A model generated the notes under the pieces. That model did no database searches. It saw only the letters and a list, made by a program, of their open reading frames with translations, and had not been told where the DNA came from. DNA of 56,474 bases, the filler included, from Diploschistes diacapsis (lineage: Eukaryota), in the NCBI GenBank assembly GCA_023645945.1. It is 6 parts of 6 records of this genome, joined end to end, with 100 filler letters (N's around TTAATTAATTAA, not from the genome) between each part and the next. Parts side by side here need not be neighbours in the genome. Positions count along the whole stretch, not along the records: positions 47,157 to 56,474 come from JALAIB010001059.1; 5 more parts are not named here. The stretch is one strand, 5' to 3'. The position numbers were made by a program, and so were the translations under genes. Numbering within the stretch: the first letter of the stretch is position 1; each line of letters opens with the position of its first letter. This document shows positions 47,210 through 56,474 of this stretch, one piece after another.

Positions 47210-47871
47210 CAACATGATCTGCGCCGTCGCCGGCATGACAGCCGACGCCAACATCCTGATCAACTACGCCCGCCAAGCCGCGCAGCGCTACCTGCTCGTC
47301 TACAACGAGGACATCCCCTGCGAGCAGCTGGTGCGGCGGCTGTGCGACCTGAAGCAGAGCTACACGCAGCACGGCGGCCTGCGGCCCTTCGGCGTCTCGT
47401 TCATCTACGCCGGCTACGACCCGCGCCGCCACTTCCAGCTGTACCAGAGCAACCCGTCCGGCAACTACGGCGGGTGGAAGGCCACCAGCGTCGGGGCCAA
47501 CAACGCGAGCGCCCAGAGCCTGCTGAAGCAGGACTACAAGGAGGAGTGCTCGCTCAAGGAGGCCTGCGGGCTGGCGGTCAAGGTGCTGAGCAAGACCATG
47601 GACTCGACGAAGTTGAGCAGCGAGAAGAGTGAGTTTCGAGAATTTTTTTTGGGGGGTTTTTTTCCCTTGCGAGTTTTCGCTCCTGCTGCCGCTGCAAGAG
47701 GTGAGTTTGGAGAGTTAGGGTTGAGGCTGACGCTATTTTTTAGTTGAGTTCGCGACGGTGGGCAAGACCAAGGATGGGAAGGTGTATCACCATCTCTGGG
47801 CTGCGGAAGAGATCGATACGTTGCTGAAGGAACATGGACTGGCGAAGGCGGAGGAGCAGGCGGAGGGGTGA
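47210..47871 (+). CDS. PRE9: 20S proteasome subunit alpha-3, 5'-truncated; exons 47210-47628 and 47744-47871
   Basis: [79 protein letters not shown]. Confidence 0.95.
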
Positions 47872-48268
47872 GGAGGAAGGGGAGGAGGAATTGCATTGGG
47901 CGTTTAATGGCGCAGGCACTGGCATGTAGAATAGACGTCGAGAAACTGGTGTGCATCATGCAAGGAGTAAGATCCCTCTTTCGCGGTCCTACAACGCTAC
48001 TGCTGCCAAAATGCAAAATGCAAAACCGTGATAATCTTCGACCCCTGGCTGCCGAACCGCCTAACCAATACGAAGTGGATGGCCCCGTTATAGACCCATG
48101 AAAGAGCCCAAACGCCGCGCTATGACACAACCGCCGCTACATGCATCCAAAACGTTGAGAAACCGACACGATCTATACCCATGCAAGTACAGGTCACAAA
48201 AGCATGGGGCAAACCACTCAGAACGCGTGGAGCACCCACACAGCGAGTGCTTCAGGTAGCCGCCACTC

Positions 48269-49409
48269 TCATTTATCACCTTCCTCGCGTCTCCTGCGGC
48301 CGCTCCCCGACGATTCCCCGTCCTGCTCCGAATCGTACTCATCCAGATCCTTCTGCGTCGCCCCCGGCCCTTTCTTCTTCGCCCTCCTCTTCTCCCTCTT
48401 CCGCTCCAGCTTCTTCGCCCTCCCCACTTCATCCTCGTCGTCGTCGCTCTCGAACGTCGCATCCCACGCGTTCCTCAACCCCCTCCTCTCCTCCCCATTT
48501 TCTCCCTGCTCCCCCTCTTCATCACCCTCCGCAAGCAACTGATGGTGTCCCCCGCTGTCCTCGCCGTTCTTGATAAACCCGTCGATAATGTAATACTGCA
48601 GCGCGTTCATGATCAGTGGGAACAGGAGCATCACGAAGGCGATCTGCAGCTGCTCGTTGCCCTCGGTCCACCGTAGGGCCCAGTCACCCGCGTAGATGAT
48701 CCAGGGCAGGATGATGAAGAGGAAGTAGACGCAGAGCTTCATGCCCAGCAGGCCGAGGAAGTAGATGAAGGACTGCTTGAGCCACCAGCTGGCGCGGGGC
48801 GGGGAGCCGTAGTTGCCGGATTTGATGCTCTCGGCAGGTCGGCCGAGGGGCGTCTTGGAGAAGCCGACGGTTAGGACTTTGAGCCAGAGAATGAGGATGG
48901 GGATGCCGATTGTTGTCTGCGGGGATTCGTTAGCAAGGGTGGAAAAAGGGTACCAGGGGGGGAGGTGGGGTTTGTGTTACGTCTATGCCGAGATTGAGGA
49001 GGTAGAAGGAGCATGGATTTGCTTTGTAGTCCCCGGATGCTGGCGGTCCGGCTGTCATGTCGCCCGAAGATACCATTGATAGTAGCAGGTTTGCTAGGTG
49101 CAGGAGTACCGATCCCACGACTTGCTTCGAGGCGTCAAAGGCCCATATCTTGACGGGCCGCTGCGGCCGTTCCCTCCACCTCTTGTAGACCAAAGAAAGT
49201 AGCGCTAGCCCTCCAAGTGCAGCTTGCACTAGTATTGCAAATGGGCCTAATAGTTCGCATTTGCCATCTTTTGCCCCCGCTGTTGAGTGGACGGACGTGG
49301 ATGATGGTGCGGCGGATGCGGTAACTGTGGCTGTAGCTGTGGCTATTGTTTGCGAGAGGGTAGAGCTGGCGGAAAGTAATGTCGCGAATAGATGGTCAGG
49401 CGCAGACAT
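48269..49409 (-). CDS. STIMATE/DUF3661-family (YPL162C-like) membrane protein; intron 48980-48917
   Basis: CELLGPFAILVQ, KRWRERPQRPVKIWAFDASKQ, NPCSFYLLNLGID-TTIGIP, FVMLLFPLIMNALQYYIIDGFIK. Confidence 0.88.
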
Positions 49410-51379
49410 TCTGCAGTCGTGATAATGAGAGGCTGTGGGATTACTATCTTCCAGCCATGCGCCTATCTGTGGCGAAGTCTATCTTTCTGTGGACTTGAAG
49501 TCTTCAAAGGTTCCTGAGCCAAGACCGCTATATCAGACCTCTGCTTCCTGCTGTAAGCGTTTTCGTCAAAGAGTGATCGCTGGCACGTAGGGGTTTGCGA
49601 AGGCCTCCAATTAACGGAGATGCGTCCAGGGGAGTAAAGGCTGGGAGAAAGAAGGGAAAGAAGGGAAAGCAAGCGAAAGATATTGGCAGTTCTGGAGAAT
49701 AGACGGACTCGAATGGTATGTCCTGTCAAAAGGACTGATGCAGTTTGGAAATGAGATATCGAGTCATACAAGACGACATATGCACCCTTGGCGTATATAA
49801 CCGTTCGGCTCAGCCACATGGAAAGCTTGGCATTACTCGAGATCAAGAGAAACTTTGTCACGACTCACAACTACGAAATACCACGCCCTCTTTTGTTCAA
49901 CATATCGTCACAAGCCGAGATATCTGCTAGACCTTCCAAGTTATCGGATCTCGTCTTTAGCAAAAGCCAGCGTCGTGCCTCATCCATTGACCAAGGTGGA
50001 CGGCTGATATCTTGCAGAGGCCAGGCAGAGCCAAAGAAGGTAAGTTGACGGACTTTAGCTTTAGAAAAAAGCGAGGTTCTGGCTCCCTTGTTTTTATACG
50101 TCCTGCATTACCACCTACTCCTCGAAGATCGATCACATGTGTTGAGATGGACCGTTATGGGGAAATGGAACGCAAGTAAGGAGGTTTTACGGAGGGTGCT
50201 AGTAACGGGAAGGAAAGTGACTGAGATCACGTATCAATCGCACCGAGCACACACATCGCGGAATGTCGAGAAGGGCTGTCGCAAGGCAGAAATAACATAT
50301 TGGCATTGAGCCTTTGTCAGAAAGTTGTCTCGTGGCGTAACATGCCTAGCGTCTCGTCTACCATATCAAATCAAGATACTGGTGAAGATATACAGAGTCA
50401 TTGGGATATGCCATCAATCCCATGCACTCAACTCTTCAAAGGATAAGCGAGCTTACACTTTAAGATTCGATCGCATTATGGCCGTTACGAAGCTGATGTT
50501 ACAAAAAGGCTCAATACTGACAGGACTATTTTCCCCCAGGTGCACTCAAAGCCGAATAAGAGTTGCTGAGGTATATTATGGTGCTGTTGATATCCAAGTC
50601 ATCCATGCTATGGTCCGTACTTCTCGAATCTACCAAGACGATTACCACTAAAGAGCACACGCTTGAAGTACCGATAGCTATGGCTGTATATTGGTGGCTC
50701 CGTCCAGACCATCGGCCGTAATAGTTTACAAGTAACCTTATTGGAATCGATAACAGTTTGACAGTGGGCCAGAATGAAGGACCTAAGGTGGAAGATGCGT
50801 TCCACAACGGTACCATTTATCGAGCCTATGGCTAGGGCAATATAGACATGACAAGGTAAAACGGTAAAACACTCGGAGCAGTCAAGGGTTTGAACAATCC
50901 CCTTTTATTCGTTCTCGAGAAGCTCCTGTCTACTTTAGGCATTCTCTGCGCAATAAGGTAATGAAATCCAAATATTCATGAGATTAGTGGGAACACAATC
51001 ATCTTGTTTGAACGCTAGGGTTGGAGCCTCAAGATCCTTTGGATGCAACAAACTAAGAGTTTAGTACTCCTTGCGGAAGGATTGCTTTTGCCTTCACACT
51101 GTGGCACTTTCAGTATCCACGAGTTCCAGCCACTTCCTGCCTTTTTACCAAAGCGCTCATTCATACCTGCCTCAACAGTTGAACCCTAGGTTTGGGTTGG
51201 AACCTGGAGTCAACCTGTCACCTTCCGGGGCATTCACTGGCACTAGCATAGTGTTAAAATTAATCCCTTTCGCTGTCCTCATGATGGAAGGGCCCACTTG
51301 GGTTGCTGCCACCGTAATGAAAGGCGTACAGTCTGCGCGGGCGAGGTAAAGACAGATGTCCTACCCAAACGAGTTGAAG

Positions 51380-52620
51380 CCTAAATCTATACACGCCGGG
51401 CCCCCTGCCGCCTTGCCTCAACGAAAGGCCCCCAAGATTGATTGCTGAAGCATCCATGGCAGTAGGTTTGACGACCAAAGTCCTTGGCTATCCTGCAGCA
51501 TGCCCATAGCCCAAGTTCCGTTGGTTTTTGTATGGATACCATCGGCACAAGTAATCCAAGGGTTGTCCACATCGCCGCCGGCAGAAGCTGGTGGGACCTC
51601 AAAAGAGCACTTATCATATTGAAATCATCACCGCAAGGGTCGAAGCCCCGCTCCGGATTCCAGTCGCTCGCGGAAAGACCACGCAACCATAGACGCCGGT
51701 CGATATGTTGCCAGGAGTAGGCGACCAGGCCCTCTTCTATCGTCCGCGCCTGGTGCGGTCGTCGAGTTCCCCTCCGGAAAGTGGGTGCTTGATTTCCAGG
51801 GCAAGGCGGCTGAGGCTGCAGCAGATGCGATGGGACCTTTTGGAACGGAGCCGCTCCGATTTACATGATCAAACGGCCAGTCATTGCTGCTTGGTCCCTA
51901 ATTTCACGGTGTCCAGTCTACACAGGCTACCATTGAGCATTCACCGGTGGGAACGACCGAAACGTGCGGATCGAAGCACCATGGATTGTCGCCATTCTGT
52001 CCATTAATATCTGGTTTATCAGACATCTTGTCCGTCAGGTTACTATTCCAGGTGTAGGCAGTGGATTCTTCTACCACTGTGGCATGTTCTGTAACCCAGC
52101 AAGCGCCCAAGTTCCGTTGGTTGCTTTATCTCCCTGCATCGTCCCATCGGTACAAGTAATCCAGGGCTTGGCTGTATCTCCTCCGGCGGATTACGATGGA
52201 ACTTCGAGGCCACAATAAGCATATGGGAATCTGGTCCAATTCGTGGATGTGTCCCAGCATTGATTCCACCCTTCACAGTTAGGAGAAGCAAAGTAGGAAC
52301 AAGAGAAGAATAGCTCACTAATAGGTGGTTTCCAAAAGCTAGTGGAAACACAACGCATGAATATGTGCCACTAGCTGAATCGTCCTTTTTTATCACGGCG
52401 GAAACCGATCTATCGCCTGCCCCAGGCGCTATCCTAGCAACGCTCTCTAAGAAGGAATAGTCCGCACCGTAGATAGCCCATGGATCAGCGTCTTTGCCAT
52501 ACTTTATGTCGGCGGAGGATTTGTCGTGGAGCTTGGGCATTGGCGCTACCTAGAACATTCAAAGCTACGAAGAAAGACAAGCAGTGAAGGAAAAGGGACA
52601 AGGAAATAGGATAGCCGCAC
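51380..52620 (-). pseudogene. Degenerate gene for a Cys/Trp-containing, probably secreted protein with an internal domain duplication
   Basis: Two related segments translate as SAGGDTAKPWITCTDG...ATNGTWALAGLQ (about 52190-52085) and SAGGDVDNPWITCADG...KTNGTWAMGMLQ (about 51585-51490). They are separated by stops and frameshifts. Boundaries are approximate. Confidence 0.4.
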
Positions 52621-52799
52621 ATTGTGACCTAAGGATACCTACCACGGCTGCAATGTCTAGCAGTAGAATGGAGAGAGACCGAGAGGAGGATCATGACAGA
52701 GGAGAGTTCAAGGTACAGAATGATAGGACAAAGCGCATCCTTGATCGAATGCGGTAAGTGTACCCTCGCCTTTTTCGTCAACGTCTTACGGCCCCCAGG

Positions 52800-52970
52800 A
52801 AAATTCTAAAAAAATGGAGATAAATGAGAATAAATAATTTAGAGCTTTGGAAGCTTCTAGAGTTTTCTTCTTCATTTTTAAAACCGTTTCCCTAGAGATA
52901 CATGGGCTAGAAAAGTGACCTTTTTGGTGAGACATGTGAGGCACCTAACTATTTCTGGCCTAGTACTGTA
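52800..52970 (+). mobile_element. Possible Tc1/mariner-like terminal remnant
   Basis: AT-rich tract ending CTATTTCTGGCCTAGTACTG|TA, 18/22 identical to 37862-37883. Confidence 0.35.
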
Positions 52971-53627
52971 TCATACATGTGATCGATAGACATGGTCACG
53001 TGAGAGTCCTTGGTCCTGTAACTTAAACACCATAAATACGAGTTTTTGAGGTGTCAGAGTACGTATTTTAGGCCCAACTGAGCGCAAAAAAACTCGATAC
53101 ACTCAATAGATGACCAGACTTGTACCTATCGAGCTTAGCGCATGTCTGACAAATTGAATCCTCTTAATCCCAATCCAATACAACATTCACCCTCTGAACT
53201 TCCACTCAAGACTTCAAAGTTCCTCCACAAGCGCAAACCCATCATCACAGCTCCAAACCGCTTTGCGCTCTATCCATTTCAAGCTTCGTTATTCATCAGC
53301 ACTACTGCACCTTGCGTGTCGCAACTGTTGAGATCCCCTGTTTCGCAACAATTGGTGGGGTAGTTGCCAGTCCGTCTCAGACTTAACTCAGACTCGTTGG
53401 GGAAAGGATTGCGACTCAGCTTAGGAAAAGTCGGAAGGTCGTTTCATCGCAGGCTCTTGAATCAAGCTCATTTTGGCATTGCTGCCTCTAGAGTAGCTTG
53501 CGCCAACCATACATGCCTGCTTGTAGAAACCTATGCGAAAGCCTTGATTTCTAGAACCGTATACCCATCCATTACTGCTAGAAGTCAATTAGCCAATCTC
53601 TGTAATTGAGCTTGTGCAAGCGCAATC

Positions 53628-56474
53628 ATGGCTGGTGAGTCACCCGTGTGCTTTGAGTGTGCGGCCTCTGTCCGACCGCGCCACAAGCAAATAAATGTGA
53701 TGAATAATCTGCTAACTTATCACAGATGAGCCGCGCAGATCAGGAAGGGCTACGAAAGGCCAGCATACTAAAAATAGTGAAGAGCCACCCGACGCCGTCA
53801 AGAAGCGCGCTGGGAAAGGCGGTAGAGGGAAAGCTGCCAAAAAAGCGGCAGAACAAGAAGAAGCTCAAGATCAGGAGGAGGATGCCATTATTCGATGCAT
53901 TTGTGGATACGTTGTGGAAGACAAGAACGACAAGAGAGCTATGATATGCTGCGACAAGTGTCTTGCGTGGCAGCACAATGTTTGCATGGGTCTCTCAGAG
54001 GATGACGATGAGTTGCCAGAAACATACTTTTGCGAACAGTGCAAACCAAAGGATCACGGACAGACTTTAACAGCATTATCGAGAGGAGAGAGCATATGGG
54101 AGACACGCCAGGCCGAAGCTCAGCGCGAAGAAGAGGAGAAGAGATCCCGCAAGCGTAAAGGGGGAAGGAAGAGCAAAGGCGCCAGAGCGTCCGAGATCGG
54201 TCCAGCAGAAAGGAAGGAGGTCTCCACGCCTGTTGTACCTCAGGTTCAGCCCGTGCAGGCTATACAAGCGCCCTCAACTCCCGCTCCCGCTCCTGCACCT
54301 GTTAAACCCAAACCCGAGACCAGCAACAAGCGTAAAGTTCCGACAGAGCTTCCGCTCGACAAGATTCAGGCCAATGAATCGGTAAGAGTTCATTCAAGAA
54401 ACGTTACTTTGGCTTTGCTAATACTGTTCAGGTTACATCCAACAAAGTTAGAAAGGTGTCGACACCAAAGGAACCCAAAGCAGCTGCGCGCCGACAGTCT
54501 AGCATAGCCGGACAACCAGCAAGACGGGACTCGAAGGAAGTACCATTGCAGGCAGAACTGGTGGAAAGCATTGATGAATTGCATAGCTCCACTAGACAGC
54601 GTGCTGCAAAGGCTTTGGTCAAGTTGTTTGTAGACTCAACGCAGCAAGCCATGAAGGACGGCACATTTAATCTACCTACTGGTCAGAATGTGGATGGTTT
54701 CGGGCTCAGGTTCGGGCTGACAGTAGAGTATTCCCTGTACATGAACTTCTGGGGCCATGGAGAGACTCCCAATCCACCCTACGGAGAAAAGCTGCGTACC
54801 ATCATGCATAACGTAAAGGACAATTCGAGCCTGCGCGATAAGCTTCTCAACGGTACTATCACCCCTCATGACCTTACAAATATGTCTTCCCTAGAGATGG
54901 CCCGGAAGGAGCTCCAAGAGGAGACGGCACAGATCATGAAGGAAAATGAGAAGCAGCACGTCCTTATCCACGAAGAAGGGCCAAGGATTCGGAGGACCCA
55001 CAAAGGAGACGAGCTCATAGTCGACGAGTCCAAGCACATGACAAGCAATGATGAACCAACAAGCAACGTCCCCCTGCGACGAGCCAGCAGCGACGCCGCC
55101 GAAGCTGCCAGTCCCGACCAGATGTCTCCTCGAAGTCCTAGCGCCATCGAGCTTCCCGACGACGTTGGCAGGTCTCCAGCAACATCTCGCCGCCCCTTGA
55201 CCGTCGACACCAAAGCCCGCCCCAAACCGCCGGTCCAACGCCGCAAATCAACGTCCACGAATTTCAACATGGAGAATGTCTGGTCGTCGGTCGACTCCCC
55301 AAGCATGAACCGCCCCGTCCCCATCCCCAACACACCCGCAAGCGTCGCTCCCGGACCCGGCGCCAAAGCCGACCCAGATATCGACCACCTCCTTAAGGAC
55401 GATGAAGACGAGGAGCCCTACTCTCCCATGGACTACGAGATGGAGCCCGGCACGATCTGGCGCGGCAACGTCGTGATGCCGCTGGTCGCCCACTTCCGCG
55501 GCTCGGCCCGCCACGTCGCCGGAGCAGACCTGCACGAGGTGTTCCCCTGGTCGCAGCTCATGCCGCCGGTCCTCACCATCGAAGGCCGCATCCCCGTCGA
55601 ACGAGCGAGCGAGTACCTCTGCGGCCTACGCTGGGGCCGGACGACGGACGTCAGCGTCGTGTCAGTCGTCCCCTCGGAGCACGAAGCGGACCGGGAGCAG
55701 TTCGACAAGCTCTTCACCTACTTCACCAGCCGCGCCAGATACGGCGTCGTCGGCAAGAGCCCCGTCAGCAGCGTGCGCGACGTCTACGCCGTGCCTCTCG
55801 AAGCCGGCGCCGCCAAGAGGCCGGACTTTATCGAGCTGCTGCAGGAGTCGGCTGTCGAGGATGTCCGCTCCGCACGCTCGCTGCTGATCACGTACGTTAT
55901 CAAAACCCGCACGGATAATGCGCCGGCTCCGGGATCGGGCGCCAGCGCAGCGTCCGCCACGCCTCGCCAACCGGATTTCGGCTCTCCCCTGCAAGCGTCC
56001 GGCCACTTCCGCACGCCTTCAACATCCTCCGCTGCGCCCCAATCTCAACCACCACCCGTAGCAGCAGTAGCAGCAGCAGGCCAACCCCACGTCTCGCCAC
56101 CCAACCCTCAACCCGCCTTTCCCTCTCCTGCTCCCCAACAGCAACAACAATCCCTCCCCCACCCAACCCAACAATCGCAGCATTCTTTCCAAGCCCAAGC
56201 CCAGCAGACCTCTCCCATGCCCATGCCCATGCCCATGCAGGGCGTACAGCAGACCGGCACCACGACTACAGCGGGAGACAACACACCAAGCAAGACCGGC
56301 CTCGAAGCAGCCAGATTGGTGCTGGGCCCGGAGCTCGCGAGCGCGTCCACGGTGCAGCAGCTACTCGCGACGGCGCCGGAGACGGGCGAGGCGCAGTGGA
56401 GGGTCATCCGCGAGGTGCTGGAGGAGGATCCGAGCACGAGGGCGGACTGGGGGGCGTTCATGGGGGGGTTGCAG
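53628..56474 (+). CDS. BYE1: Bye1-like PHD-TFIIS(central)-SPOC transcription elongation regulator, 3'-truncated; introns 53635-53725 and 54382-54431
   Basis: MA-DEPRRSGRATKGQHTK; PHD IRCICG...MICCDKCLAWQHNVCM...YFCEQC; TFIIS-M YGEKLRTIMHNVKDN; RIRRTHKGDE; SPOC IWRGNVVM...IEGRI. Confidence 0.9.

Overview
Filamentous-ascomycete genomic DNA: short GT-AG introns with CTRAC/CTAAT branch sites, and AT-rich RIP-like relics. The window is not one locus. It is six contigs of 9340, 9339, 9331, 9327, 9319 and 9318 bp, in descending length order, joined by identical 100-nt N44-TTAATTAATTAA-N44 spacers, so adjacency across gaps is meaningless. Recognisable genes: AlkB-type oxygenase, GH43 hydrolase, a large coiled-coil protein, two MFS transporters, PAP2 phosphatase, DAG-kinase-like protein, CCCH zinc-finger protein, ABM-type protein, mitochondrial uL15, GT90/CAP10-like glycosyltransferase, TeaC/Tea4-like SH3 protein, ferric reductase, proteasome alpha-3, STIMATE-like membrane protein and Bye1-like protein. 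There are also several pseudogenes and transposon relics. The standout is a compact three-gene putative fungal RiPP (dikaritin-type) cluster in contig 3 (21401-24192). It comprises a spliced, signal-peptide-bearing precursor with 27-aa repeats carrying a Tyr-free TP(F/L)MWWPG core and no KR sites, a GNAT acetyltransferase, and a UstYa/DUF3328 oxidase with both HxxHC motifs. Other notable items are a 56-aa Cys-rich CaaX protein and a 651-nt in-frame 'exitron' in the TeaC-like gene. All calls were made by eye, without database searches.
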